A stretch of 63,400 nucleotides of DNA, filler included, from Choristocarpus tenellus KU-1152 (taxonomy: Eukaryota; Protista; Phaeophyceae), in assembly GCA_964200185.2 (NCBI GenBank). It is 10 parts of 10 records of this genome, joined end to end, with 100 filler letters (N's around TTAATTAATTAA, not from the genome) between each part and the next. Parts side by side here need not be neighbours in the genome. Positions count along the whole stretch, not along the records: positions 1 to 13,334 come from CAXNAD020001522.1; positions 13,435 to 27,874 come from CAXNAD020001189.1; 8 more parts are not named here. One strand, written 5' to 3'. This document shows positions 1 to 13,585 of this stretch, one piece after another; the stretch's first letter is position 1; the number at the start of each line of letters is the position of its first letter. Both the position numbers and the translations under genes were made by a program. The notes under the pieces are model-generated. The model did no database searches. It worked only from the letters and a program-made list of their open reading frames with translations, and was not told the origin of the DNA.

Positions 1-832
1 GCCATTACAATTGTAGTCAGCAGTGTAGAAAGATGGGTGATGGGGGTCGTAGCACAGTAGGGGGTTCATAGCACAAGATATTAATGAAGAGCATCAAGAA
101 GGGGGGGGGGGTGAGGACAGGATTGAGCCAGTAATAGATGAAAGGTGGTATGAGAGAAGACAAGCCAGGGAAGGTTAAACAACCAAACGTTGGTATACTT
201 TAGGGCTTGTGCAAAACCTCTCTGAGCTCGGATGCAGAGAACCAGATTAAATATGAGAAAGTCCATGGATGACTGTCAGTCACTCTTGCTCGATGTGAGG
301 GTACTCCTCCTGCTAAACTAATTATGTATAAACTTCAGGACACATGTGCTGCACTAGGGATGCAAATAGGGTTGCAGTTTAGTCAGCAGTCCAAGAGTAT
401 CTTGAGTGTAGCTTATACCATCAGCAACAAACATATACCGTCCGCTATATCAACCAACCAACTAACTCATATTTATATCTCACTGTTAAGGAAATTTTGT
501 GCACAATAATTACACATTGGATAGTCCTGATGACATCTCCAGTTTTTATACCACCCACAAAATCATAACCCACTGAGAGTTGCTTACAAGATTGACAAGT
601 TTTCCTGTGATGCAGTTAGACAGAGTATAATTCTCTTCATTCCAGTTCATGTGTGGTTTACTCAACAAGAAAAAGAAATGTTAATAGAAGCACTTGAAAG
701 CACAAGAAGGAACTGCTAAAAACGGGGTCATACCAGCTGGGGGGGGGTTTCATAAGCACATTAAACAATATGGTACCATTTACTGGTATCAATGATATCA
801 ATATGGAGTAAGGGAATGGAGGATTCAATTAC

Positions 833-2685
833 CTTCCATTAACCGTCTGTCTTCTGCTGGGGACCAGCCCGCCCTATTGACCAAGGGATCCAGGACATTA
901 ACCCACTTCTCCCTGCACTGCACATCACTTCTCCCTTGGACATACTTGGCGACAAACCCCCAGTTGATCGTTCTCCCCCCCCCCCCAGCGGCTGTGGTCC
1001 CTACACCGCCCCAGACAGTTGGTTTGTCACCAGAGTCCACAACACTAGCAGCTCGGGGAAACATTGATGCTCTGACAGCCAGGCATAGGCGCCGTTCTTC
1101 CTCCTCTGACCAAGCACCGGACTTGAGGTTCGGGTTCAATGACTTGTGCCACCGAACATTACACTGCATCGAAGTTCGGCCGTGCATAGCACGAGCAACC
1201 AAACTCCAATTTTTGCACCCAACTCGAGCCTTGGATGGGATGGGCACACAGTACAGCAAGAGAATAATTTGGCAATCAATGATTTTCGGTCTTAGGGGTG
1301 ATGCTGTGGACAAGTATATTGGTGAGAACTTGGAAATGTCAAGTCCAGTTTGGTTCAGTATTTCACCAGGACACAGGGAAGGCAGTAATTTCTCCAAGAA
1401 AATAACCTGCTCTCCTCAAGTACTTCAAGTGGACAGGGCATGGCGGGAGCATGAAATATGCACCAGGATGCAGGGTTAAAAATGGTATATTCCTGTAGCT
1501 GGTGACTACATGTTCTCACTACAAATTGTTTGGTTTCATTGATTTGTTGTACAATACCAAGGTTTAAATAAAGTGTTTTTTTGGACAGAGGGTGTGAACA
1601 CTCTCATTCATTGGTCGGGGGGTTTTTGTATTGCATCCAAATAGGTTTGTATAGAATCAGGTGGATGTACAACTCGACTCAGGGGGTGTTTTGCGGTGAG
1701 GAGAATGAATATCCCTTTGCTATGCCACCGCAGCAACTCGGCGACTTTTCTCGTGTTAAGAGAACAAAAAATTGATCTAAAATCAGAAGCAGTTGTCCAC
1801 TGGACAGGGGAAGTGTCTCACCACGGTCTTCACCAAGGCCTCATCCTCGTCTTTTGTCCACGTCCCCTTCACAATCTTGGTGTTCAGCGCCTGTTGGTAG
1901 TGACGTAAACAAGCGATCGGGCTACGGCCTGTCCCAAGCTCCTTGCTTATTGCCAACCAATTCCTCTCCCCGCGTCCTGCCGCCAGCTCCAGCAAGTGTT
2001 TCTCTTCGTCCTTTGTCCACGGACCTTTGTAGACCTTAGGGTCGAATTCATTCAGCCAATAGAGGCGGCATTCTTCTACACTCCGACCCGGCCTGAGAGC
2101 TGAACCTTTCAAAGCTTGGCTCACGGCATTCCAGTCGATCGATTCACGACCTTCAAATTTGGCTATGGCGCGTGGGAGAGCCTAAGGGGGGGGGCGGATG
2201 ACATGGCAAGAGGATTACTCTCCGGCTAGAGGTCGCGGCCTTGGTTACACTGACAAGTGAAACTTAACGATAAGGCATTTGCTGCCTGACTGAAGAGAAA
2301 AGCGCACCTCGATCTCGGCCCCCGTCCACTTTCTGGGCTCTGCGTTGATCATTTCCAGTTCTCTTGGTCCCAGTACACATTCTTCATCTCGACGAGCAGT
2401 TGCATGGGAAATGCTGTCGTCGGCGAAATATTTGTCCACCGCAAGTGCATACATTGTTTTCTTTGATTGACTGATACTGGTAGCCTTCGCAGTGATTCTT
2501 TTTTGTAGATGCGAGTATCTCTGGCGATTAAGCTCCAACGCTGCACCTACCCTATCCAGTTGCACACGCAAAGCCTCTTGGAGCTCGGCGTTCATCGATA
2601 GAGCTCTCTCTGCCAACAACTCATCTCCAACCTCAATTTCTTGTGAATCATGGTCAGTGGGGGTGGGGGATCCTGAAAGCGGCAT
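833..2685 (-). CDS. Multi-repeat Myb protein, SNAPC4/SNAP190-like (3' incomplete); exons 2685-2308, 2181-1822, 1229-833
   Basis: GT-AG introns join in phase to give ...RKWTGAEIE|ALPRAIAKF..IDWNAVS..GRSVEECRLYW..GPWTKDEE..GRSPIACLRHYQ..GTWTKDED..|..NWSLVA..GRTSMQCNVRW..GRSDVQCREKWVNVLDP. Four to five Myb repeats after an N-terminal coiled coil is the SNAPC4 layout. Confidence 0.8.
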
Positions 2686-2961
2686 CGTTAAGCTCGGACC
2701 ACTGCTACTTGTATGGTTCAATTGGGGATGATTTACTCCATCAACAAATGTTTTCAAACCGATTTCCCCAGCGCAAAGAGATGGGCCACTTTAATTGGTC
2801 AGTTTAAATATGATATTATTTGTTATTGACTTTCTTAATTTGGGGAAGGTATCAACCAAAGTTCAAGGTCCAAACAAGGGTGATAGACCTCAATTTGAAA
2901 TCCTTGGTCAGAGACCTTCCAGTCACAAACTAGGCACACGAGCACAAGAATCTGTCAAAAG

Positions 2962-4231
2962 ATGTTCCAGATTACCACAAGAAAGAATCTGACTCTAGTT
3001 GAAAGATGGTGATTACAAACCTGGTTCAAGGAGGCAAGAATGGCTCCTTGATAGACAGCGACATCAAGCGAGTTGCCGAGATGTTTGAGAGCAATACTCA
3101 GAACATATCAAGGCTTTGGGTGGTCTACAAGACCAAGAATGGTATTGATATGGATCTCGAGGTTTGTATGCGGCGAAACGGGACCTCTGGCTAGAGAGGG
3201 ATCAAATCATGAGCTACGGTATCCCCTCCAAATGGTTCCCATAGAAAACCGCACCAAGCAGCGCGCCCCATCTACTCAGCTGTGTATCTCACCGCCCTCT
3301 CAGCGTGGCAGCATGAAGAACCTTGGGTTTAAGGGCGTGCTCAACCTATCTCAAGTATTTTCTTACTGGTGAGTGCAAGTTACAGGGGCTGAGGTTGGTA
3401 ACATTCTTGGTCCCAAAGGGACCGGAGACTCGAAGAGCTTGCACCTTTTCGAATACTTCGTGCGTGTTCATGGTAAGTCGTTTTTCATCAGCAAGGATGA
3501 CGATCCTGATGACCGCAAGGTCCAGCACAGGAGCGACATTACCAAGGTGGTGTTCCTTGCAGTTGTCATTCGCCCTGTGTCTGATACCACCAATGACACC
3601 AATTTTGAAGAGAAGTTTGGCATCTTTCCGTTTGATGAGAGAATAGCAGTGAGGCATGGTGGCGGAAATAGGCCCGCAAGAACGGTGGAGACAAAGACGG
3701 TGGAAGTTGCAAAGGAGAGGCACAAGAAAATACTTACCAACAATGCCATCCCTGCAATCAAGGAGAAATGGTCACCAGGCGGGAGGGGACGGGCGATCTA
3801 CATTAGCGAGTCAGTGCGCATCCACAATATCATCGAGGGCCCAGAAGTGCTCAAGGCGTGCACAGTCGACGGGTAGGACATTCGCATCAATCACTCGATC
3901 AACAGTCCTGACGCTCGCACTCTCGATCTGGGGATTTTCAACTCCATCCAGCCTGTCCGGGATCAAACCACCCCTTGGACACAGGACAACCTCACCTATC
4001 CAGTCGAGGATATCTTCGACAGAGATCCTCCAGGCACTCTTGGGAAAATGTGGACGACATCGCAGGCCATCCCGCAGGAGATCATGCTGTGCAAAGGGAG
4101 ATAACACCTTCATTCAGTCTGCTCACTTGAAGAAGCCAATGATGGAGCGAAGAGATACCCCTCTCCCAATGAAGCTCTCCTGCTCTCCAGAAGCATGGAA
4201 GGTCGACCAAAGAGTTCTTGGGGGCGTGTGA
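2962..4231 (+). mobile_element. Degenerate Tc1/mariner transposase, plant-mariner (DD39D-like) type, subfamily 1
   Basis: Frameshifted motifs RKNLT..ISRLW, ITKVVFLAVVIRP..KFGIFPF..NRPARTVETK..IPAIKEKW and SPDARTLDLGIFNSIQ; stop codons present; TIRs not found. Confidence 0.85.
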
Positions 4232-5277
4232 TATGTGACTGACAGTTTGGTTGTGTATGCTCTAGCTAGAATACATGCCAATGAGTGTGATCTATGTTCT
4301 AGAATGTGTGACAATGTGCATGGTTGTTGTACTTAAGAGTTGACTCATTGACTCAAAGTTCTGTAGATCATACATAATAATACATGAGACCAACATGCAC
4401 AGTCATTCCATATTCTTGCTCACTTGACCTACAGAATACTCTCTGTATCCTATCTTGAGTCAAGATGCTGTTAGAAACCCTTGAATCTGCGTACCTTGAA
4501 CCATTGTCGCAAACCCTTCCTATGTTTCCGACATTCCAAACCATGACTATGTTTTCACCTGGAGTATTACATATATTAGTTGCGATAAATTCACAAGACA
4601 AATACCAATCATACATATACCTATCATTACTTGTGGGTCACCCCTCGCTTCTAATCAAGTTTACACGAAAGGTATGTTGTGTGGGAAGTACACAAATCCA
4701 TCCTGGAGCTTTCCTAGGCCATGCCCTCTTCACAGGCACTCAAAAGACATCCCAAAAGACATCCTCCACCCACTAAAGAAAGGGTATTGGTTTGGTATAC
4801 ATCATGCTTCGCTGCCTCGTCTACACCCTGCTACGATGTCACAATAAAAATAATGCAGAAAAATCGCAAAATGGCTTGGAACACCAACTTCAAGTTGTCT
4901 TCTTCCAGTTTTGGATGAGACAACCCAACCTGCATCCAACATGGATAGAGTATGGGAGAAGGGCCTGTTCTTAGTGTGGTGCAAATTCCTCTAGTTGTAA
5001 TGCTGTTACACCTTAATATTGGCGCATCATGTATGCGCAGAAAATAGGAGTGGTATGCACATACATGACATACTGCGTGCATGCATGCTACTACCATGTG
5101 TGGCAACAGACATGATGGGCATCATTTTTTTTTATATGGAAAGAAACCAGACAAAAGGTAGTGTGTTTGGTCTAACTCTGATTCCAGAAAATTGGTGAAC
5201 GATCTGGGGAAGTGCTCGACAACAAAGGGAAGATGCATGCGAAATATGGCCAGGTGTGTTTGCCTACAAAATTTGTA

Positions 5278-5292
5278 ATAGTAGTAGTAGTG

Positions 5293-5327
<35 letters not shown>

Positions 5328-5434
5328 GGTGGTGGTAGTAGTAGTAGTAGTAGCAGTAGTAGTAGTAGTAGTAGTAGTGGTAGTGGTGGTGGTGGTGGTG
5401 GTAGTAGTAGTAGTAGTACTAGTAGTAGTAGTAC

Positions 5435-5479
<45 letters not shown>

Positions 5480-5539
5480 CAGTAGTGGTGGCAGTAGTAG
5501 TAGTAGTAGTAGTGGTAGTAGTACTGCTAGTAGTAGTAT
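5278..5539 (+). repeat. (GTA/GTG)n trinucleotide microsatellite
   Basis: Imperfect GTA tandem array of about 260 bp. Confidence 0.97.
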
Positions 5540-5780
5540 TGCCTACTCCCTCTTACTATACGATTAGAGAGTCAAAGTAAATGAGAGGTAACAGTTTTCG
5601 ACCGTTTTACATAAAAGGTTAGTTTCTCAATCTTTTCCATTTCACCCATATTTCTATGGATGAAGTGCTAAGTTTGCCTTGAGAGGATTGATTTCTCTAT
5701 TGTTTGAACCTCTTTGGACACATTTCGGAAAGTATCCTACACACATTTCCAAGAAATGCAGGATTTTGAACGTATTTGCT

Positions 5781-6306
5781 GAGTGAAAGTATCTTAGAGT
5801 GTACGAGTTTTGCCCTGTTTGTCCGTTTGGGGCTTGGATTCCCACGGGGTTTTGATGACATTTTCCTACTCCGAAATGTTTCGGAGTAGGTAAAGTGTTC
5901 ATGTTATGAAAAGATCTGTCCAGAACATGGATATTGACACTTCCTAACCAACACGATGGACAAAATTGCATCAAAATCACAACATTCGATTTTGATGCCC
6001 AAATGGACGCGGCTCTACCCTCCAAGATGAGTGAAAGTATCTTAGTGGGTACGAGTTTTGCCCTGTTTGTCCATTTAAGGTTTGGCTTCCCATGGGGTTT
6101 TATTATGATATCTTCCTACTCCAATATGTTTCGGAGTGGGTAAAATGTATGCGTTATGGAACGGTGTGTCTGGAACAGGGATATTGACACTTTCTAACAA
6201 ACACGATAGCCAAAATTACATCAAAATCGCAACACTGATTGGATTTTGGCCCCGAAATGGACGCGGTCCTACCTTCTAAGATACTTTGACTCAGATACTT
6301 TGGCTC
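5781..6306 (+). mobile_element. MITE family A, outer copy (TSD TGCT), interrupted in its right TIR by a second copy
   Basis: GAGTGAAAGTATCTTAGAG ... AGATACTTTGGCTC, flanked by TGCT on both sides. Confidence 0.9.
6029..6292 (+). mobile_element. MITE family A, inner copy (TSD AGAT)
   Basis: GAGTGAAAGTATCTTAG ... CTAAGATACTTTGACTC, flanked by AGAT at 6025-6028 and 6293-6296. Confidence 0.9.
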
Positions 6307-8480
6307 TGCTGGCATTTAAAATGCAACTCTGGGTAACTCTCGTTTACTTCGACTCGGAGCATTTGATGAGTATAATAATACAGTCCGTGACCACGATACT
6401 GTCTGTCCTAACACTTCGAAATGTAACACATGCCTTCTTATTTCATTCATGCATGCATGACGCAATAGAGAAGAAGAAGAGGATTTACTACAAAAAGGTG
6501 CGAGTGCCGTACATAATATCTGGTCTCAAAAAGAACAGGCTGTGTCCTATGTGATCAATTATCCCCTGTTGATCAAACGAATCAGTCCTCAAAATATTTC
6601 TTTAAATCTGCACCCCTGTTACTCCACACGATAATATGCCATCATACATACTACATGTATCCCTCCAGACACAGTACTTGTAGCAGTGTATAATGGTAGT
6701 GAGTGGACAAAAACCGAACAAAGACCAGGAACAAGAAGGGATGGACCGGGACACATCTGCTTCTTCAGCATCATCAGCGCTTTTTCTACTCTACCCACTA
6801 TTTATTGCACAGACCAGCAAATAGCAACAGCAAAGCTGAAGAGCAGTCCGACAGGTAGGTGACCCTCAACCATGTGTTTACTGTCATTCATACATGGAGG
6901 AGAATCAGGCTCCATAATTTCCTCCAAGCAATCCACTATTGTCTCACCTTCACAAGTAGCATGCTCTCCTATGTTCTCTCATCCTTCATGTGGGTACAAT
7001 AACCGTTCAGATATTACTAGAATTCGCAACCCTAACCCACATCATTCTATTCCGTAACAGCAAAAGCGAGGAACAAAAAGAAGAGTATTATATCCCATTA
7101 TTATCGGCCCACTTCATCAGAATTGTTGCAGTAGTTGAACTTTGTTCAAGCGCCAAGCATCTCTTTTCTTTTATTATTTTAAGAGTACTCACTTGTAACA
7201 AAACTAGCTGGGGGTGTGCATAATCCCATCATACCTACTGTATAGCCTAAATGTTAACACCAAGGGAAGAGGGGAAAATCAAACTAAAGGATCTCACAGG
7301 CTCCTCTCAACCATTCAAAACACACAAACAGGCCTTCTGTCCTATCTGCGCCATAGCTGTCGCTAGGTGGGCACTTTGCTTGTAAAGCCAGTCAACCTAG
7401 GGGATCCCCAAGAAGATCTTTCAAATACAAAGCATAATTGGCAGGGTATGTAAGACGCTACCAAGACAAACAACAACAAAAATCCACAACAATTGACTGA
7501 AACTAAAACTAACTCCAACATCACCGCAAATTCAGAAAAAGTAGAGACAATCGGCAAGAAGGGGTCAAGCATAGGAAGGGAAAAAGCAGCACAACCACCT
7601 CCTTTCCAATGGATAGATAGCTCCGTATTATAGTACTACATATATCCAAATCAGTACCTGATCCATACGTTCTTGTGCCTACCCACAAAAGTGATGTTTC
7701 CCTCTCCTTTGACCAGTCACCACTCATTCATCACATATATCGGTGGACTCTCCCTGCCTCTACCATTCTCCTCTCTCATCAAACCTCCAACAAGCCCTGC
7801 AAAATGAACCATACTAGGGATCCATTGCTCATGGTAACATCCTGTAAGTCGGTCATCACAGTACTGTCACAAAAGCACCGGACCACAAAACACACTAAGC
7901 ATTCTCATTCAAACATCTTGAGCCAAGCACCCATCGGATACACACAAACTTATCGAGTCAAACTTCCAACCCCTCACCCCTTCTCATACATCTAACCCTC
8001 TTTTCATTTCCTTTGACACCCAAAAGAACCCTTGGAAGTTGAATCAATTCCAATTGCTGAATCAGCCGCCCTCTTCCTGCTCAAGCCTCTAGCAGCACTG
8101 CACAGCATTGTTGTGTTGTCGTGTATCTCTTCACTGGTACAGGCACATCAAAAAAACTCTCAACCTCAGCGGCCGACACCAACTGCTCATCAATACTACT
8201 CAAGGCTACAAAAACAGAACAGCACCTTGCAAAAAACCAGCAGCAAGTCCCATAGCACGTAGTCATCAGTAAACGTCCCTCCCTTCAAAACATAGGGAAA
8301 CATAACCGTACCACTTAGCGCCCAACAACAACAACAGGGGATGGCACAACAGTAAACTGCCTTCAACATAACATCTTCAAACAACTACAACCAAGCTGCC
8401 CTGCCCAAACTGGTGGTTTTCATGGCCTACTTTACTTGTAGGGTAACTGATTGGAGCAGCATGTTGCGCTAGTCCTCACA

Positions 8481-11400
8481 TCACCGCCGCACCCCAGGTC
8501 TCCTTGCCTTAACCACCCGCCTCTTTGATAAATCTGCCCTTCCTGATGCCTGTGGGGCTGGCTGAGCCCGCCCCACAGCAAAGCCACCCCCTGCTGATGG
8601 TGGATTGAAACCACTTTGTGCCTGAGGGGGTTGCACGTTGAAGCCTGAAACCGCTGGTGCTGTTGCACCAAATCCACCTCCCGGAGCACCAAAGCCTGTT
8701 GTGGGAGCCCCAAAGCCCGCTGCCTGTGCTGGATTGCTCGCCTGCTGTTGCTGTCCAAAACTAAACCCTGCAGGGGAAGCCCCTGCCGTAGATGGAGCTC
8801 CTCCAGCCACAGCCTGGGTTCCAAATCCCCCCCCACCAGCAAAAAGGGACGATGGTGCTGCCTGTCCAAACCCTTTTGCCATGGCAGTAGGAGTTGTCCC
8901 AGTCGATGATGTGCTTGCACCAAATGAGAATCCTCCCCCAAAGCCTGTCGCACCTGGAGCAGCAGGGGCTGGTGCAGCTGCGGCCTCAAAGAACCTCTTA
9001 TCACCCAAGGCTGGGGCTGCAGCTGGAGTCGCGGCGGCAGGGGCACTACCAAACGAAAAGCCTGGAGCTGTAGCACCAGTCACCGGGCCTGCAGATGGGA
9101 CCGGGGCAGCAACTGGGGCAGTTGTGGAGGCCTTCCCAAACATGAAGCCTGCAGCAGGAGCACCTGTAGCTGGTGAGGGGGTCGCACCACCAAACGTGAA
9201 ACCAGGTGTCGAGGGCTTCGCCTGTGATGGCACCGCCGCAGCACTGACATTGGTGACACTTGCTGGGGTGGTAGTGCCCAGGCTAGGGATACCAATAGAC
9301 AGAGCTGGGGTGGAACTGGGGCCTGGAGCAGAGGATGAGACTGCTTTTGTACTGCCGAATGCAAACGGGGTTGAAGGTAACAAATTTGCACTTTCAGCAT
9401 CCCCACTGTTACGCTTCTTCTTAGAACCTTTGTTTGACACAGCTCCAAAGGAAAATGTGGGGGCAGGGGCTGGGGTTGCTGCTGGTGCAGGAGCTGTTGG
9501 TGCTCCCCCATTTGTTGTTATCCTGACAAGTAGCAGTTTGTTGGGTATTGAAGAGCAAATAGTGATTGGTGAGGCATGGCAATCAGAAGATTACTGTACT
9601 TGGGGCTTATATGGACCAATACACAACAGCCCTACTAACCCAACACAGGACAAACTCCCCATTATGAGCCCCTATCAAAAGCACTATTGACACCACATAC
9701 TAACACATGTACAGCGTACTAACATTCAGTCATTCAAAGCAACAAAAAGTACATCCATCGTAGAAATGTTGAACTTGCAAGTCCAAACTAACACAAACAT
9801 GCCGTAACATCATGTAGTGAGTAGGTGCACCTCCCAGCCTCTACTCTCTTGAAAACAATTAAATGCATTCCTTACCCAACAGAAGCCACAGCAGATTTTG
9901 ACGACAAAGCACTGGTGTCCTTCTTTTCTTCCACACCCTTTGACACAGGTGGGGCCCCAAAAGTGAACATGCTAGGGGCTGAGGACAAGGCTGGCACCGG
10001 TGCCGAGACTGGCTCTGGAACAAGACTTGTCCCCAGTGATGGAGCAACCCCAGGTGAAGTGGAGACAGTAGCAGCTATCGATCCTCCCATACTCGTAGAT
10101 GCAGAACCTCCTCCCCCAAAGGTTGGTTCTGGCAGAGATAGCGTGGTACCCAACAAAGAACCTGAAGAAGAAGGACCGGATTCCATCTCTGGCGCAAAGT
10201 GAACCCTGCGTTGGGGCTTGTCTCCTTCCACAGTTGTAGGCTCGTGCCTTCGGGTGCGAAGCTCTCCCATCCTGTTCACATAGCAATAAGGCAGAATCAA
10301 GGAGGGGGGGAGGGGGGTGCAGCTGACAACAAGGTATGGCTTGACTTGCAGTATCCAAATGTGAGTACAGTAGTCTTGGTCACAGGTGGAGAGGATAACA
10401 AGAGAGCAGGGGGAGTGGGGTGAAATTGCCAGGAGAGGTACTCTATCGTAATTGTGGTGTAAACCCCACAATTCTGCTATGTACATTTGCTTGTTATACA
10501 TAGTTCTATTTTGAGGTGAGAAAGTTGAAAAAAACATTAAAGAGACAGCCTTTGTACCTTCAGACATCATCTTTAAAAGTGGGTATACAATCTATGTATG
10601 GAAAAGGTTGTTTCAACAGTGGATGTGTCAGTGAAACAACCACATCAGTCTTTGAAATGCTCTATCAACTTCCGCTACTAGCCTGTTAGAACACAAGGAC
10701 AAACAGCTTCAACTCCGTATTTAGTACTTCTTACGTAGTACATCTGTTAAAAAAACACCCATCCATACTAAGCAATACTGGTCAAATCCAAGACCACTGA
10801 ACAATAATCTCCTACTTGACTGTGTTTACAGAGCCACAGTCACAACCTTACACACAGACTCAAGGTACATTCCACAACCTTGCTCACAGTTGTCTTCCAC
10901 ACAATTCAAAAAAGGGGTTGCATTTTAGATTTCACCACATCATTTTCCACTACTGCAGCTAGGGCTAGGGTGGAGCAAGCAAACACACATAGTTTATAAA
11001 TGCAAGTAAAAAGAGCGGTTGAGTAGAGAGTATAAAACCAAGGGCATCACAAAACCCAACTAACTTCCAAACCCTCGGCCTCTGGTAGCCTGGTGTCCCA
11101 AAGTCCTTTGGCAGGGTGCACACTTCACATGTTGATGATTGTTCAGGCCCATTCATATAGAAACAGGCCTTGCACCGCCAGGCTCCCTGTGAGAATGAGA
11201 GAGGCATGGGAAGGGGAGATGTAGGTTTCAACATCTCTACACACCAGCAGCAAAGTGAAGCTGTAGCTGACAATAAATTTCACATGTCACACAAAGTTTG
11301 AATCATACACTTCTAGAAAGCAATAACAATGCTAAAGGTATGTACAAGTGTATCACGGCCTGGACTGTGGCGCGCTGGGGGAGGAGGGCATGAGTTAAAC

Positions 11401-13274
11401 AGTAGAGAGTTTAATGAAAACTGGAAAAACTACCAACAAGGTCACCTCCTCTTATTATACGCAACACCTTGGAATACATAAATCAAATTGGGAATCTAAA
11501 GAAATGAAAAACTGATACAGGCCCCTCACCTCCACCCCATTAAGATCCTTCGGCCTCCAGTCAAGAAACCCATCACCACCCTGAGAGGAGACAACCAGGC
11601 TCCCACCAGTGCTCTTTCCTTCCCCCCCTTTACCGCCTTGCGCTGCCCCACTCTCCCTAGAAACGATTGCCCCTGCCCCAGTGTTTACCATCTCATCAGA
11701 TTTACGACTCTTCTTAGTCCTTTTTTGCCATTCCCTATCTGACGAGTCACCCCGTTGGTTGCTATCTGAGCCCTTCACTGTGACACCCTTCAAACCAATC
11801 CCACCCCCACCCCCACCCCCAGCCTCCGCTCTACCCTCATGTACACCAGACTCTGCCCTGGCCATACTCAAATGATCACGGGAGTCACCAACAGCAGCCT
11901 TGGCTTTACCCTTACCCTTCCAATTGGGCACATCCCTGCTTTCCTTGTTCTCTGTAGTATTTCCAATCAGCTCCTGTCCCTTGTTTGCGCCATCTCTTCT
12001 GCTCACAGCAGGGTCTGAACTACCCTCGGATCTTGAGGGCAGCACCTCTTCAGTGGCTGCATTGCCTCCCTCTTCCCCTACCCCCCTGCCTGTACTACGG
12101 TCATGTGTACCCATATCACGTCTAGCCCGAGCAGGGCCCGGCTTTGGCAGGATAGGTAGAAACTGCTCATCTCCATCAACATCCTTTTAAGAAGCACAGG
12201 GAAGGGGGAAGAGCTGAAAATAACTAGGGGCTGGGGGGGGGTATGCATGACAGTAGTGATACACCGGACTCTTGAGGTCGTGACCTAATGCATATCCTAC
12301 AAATTCAAAGTCATTGTATAATCATTATTTAGAGTCTAAAATTTCAATTCAAAGTGCAAGAGTGGATTGGTCCAAACAAGAATAAAGAGAAAAAAAAGTG
12401 TACTATATGTACACCAACAACAAGGCGCTTCACTCAGCAACGTGTGATAGCCTTCCCATTCAACAACCCCTTTCACAATCAAAACCAAAGATGCAATTTA
12501 CTACAATGTAAGGAATATAAATGTCAATGTAAGACAAAGTGCATATCCTTGCAAACACGAGGGAGGGGAAGAGCAGGGAATACCAGCACTAAACTTGCTC
12601 CTACCGCACCTCCTGCACCACTCTCTGAACATCCAGGTAAATACTTGACACCCATTGCCCAAAATAGTAATTTCATCATACTACCTTCAGCACAACCATA
12701 CCATATATGAGCATTGCCTTTCCTCTATTCACGTAGCACTAACATGCAATACACATGCCCAGTATTCATTGTACACACCTGCCAACTGGGACAGGTGGAA
12801 GTACTCCCCACCATTGTTCTTCTCCCTTCAAAACATACATCCCCCCCCCCCCCCCCCCCCCCCCCCCAACCCCCACCAACAAAAAACACCCATCNNNNNN
12901 NNNNCTCCTAAAACCTTCCCCCCCCCCCCCCCCCCATCCCACTACAAACTTCCACCACAACAAAATCTCACATTTCCCATGGAATTACTTGATACCAAAC
13001 TATCATCCCCTGCTCCTGCTTTATTCTTCTCCTTCTCCTTGAGTTCCAACTCTGCCCTTGCCCGCCCCTGCTGTTCTTGACGATGCCGCAAGACATCATT
13101 GGATGGAGGAAGTCTCACCACCCTGTGACCAGCAGGTTGCTCCTCAGTGTTCATTGCTGGCAGGGCCAGGGCCCGGACAGGCATTAGATCGTCATCGTTT
13201 GGTTGGTGGTGACTGTGTTGCAACACCTTCTCTGACTCAGCTCTCCGAGACTGAAGTGCCGCCGAGGACCGGGA
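8481..13274 (-). CDS. FG-repeat nucleoporin, Nup153/Nup1-like, with RanBP2-type zinc finger (5' truncated); exons 13274-12972, 12183-11530, 11186-11065, 10271-9876, 9522-8481
   Basis: Many FxFG/GF repeats (FSFG, FTFG, FAFG, FMFG); WRCKACFYMN..TCEVC zinc finger; basic C-terminus KRRVVKARRP like Nup1/Nup153; GT-AG junctions are phase-compatible. Confidence 0.8.
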
Positions 13275-13334
13275 CTGAAAACAAAACAGACAGTTCAAGG
13301 ACAGTGAATAGTAGAAGAGATAAGAGTAGGGGGG

Positions 13335-13434
13335 NNNNNNNNNNNNNNNNNNNNNNNNNNNNNNNNNNNNNNNNNNNNTTAATTAATTAANNNNNNNNNN
13401 NNNNNNNNNNNNNNNNNNNNNNNNNNNNNNNNNN
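13335..13434. other. Artificial contig linker (N44-TTAATTAATTAA-N44); also at 27875-27974, 31013-31112, 35901-36000, 42236-42335, 47584-47683, 50229-50328, 57321-57420, 60149-60248
   Basis: Identical 100-nt spacer with stops in all six frames, repeated nine times. Confidence 0.98.
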
Positions 13435-13585
13435 ACACACCCTACCTGCAATTACATCCCATGTTGCCCGATGCTTAAGTCTCTCACCAATTCCCCCCCC
13501 CCACCCACCCTGGGTTGCCCCTCACCCTGGTTGAATACACCTCCACACCTGATTACGAATTCTGTGATATTGTCTATGTGTACAG

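Noticed and set aside
5212-5580. Poly-Val and poly-Ser ORFs
   Set aside because: Translations of the (GTA)n microsatellite.
5590-6370. Possible hAT dimerisation-domain remnant flanking the MITE pair (minus strand)
   Set aside because: Only weak frameshifted resemblance (YPEL..., IEKLTF); cannot be supported without a search.
8638-9690. 350-aa plus-strand ORF (also 50406-50936 and 52691-53311)
   Set aside because: Antisense shadows of GC-rich low-complexity exons.
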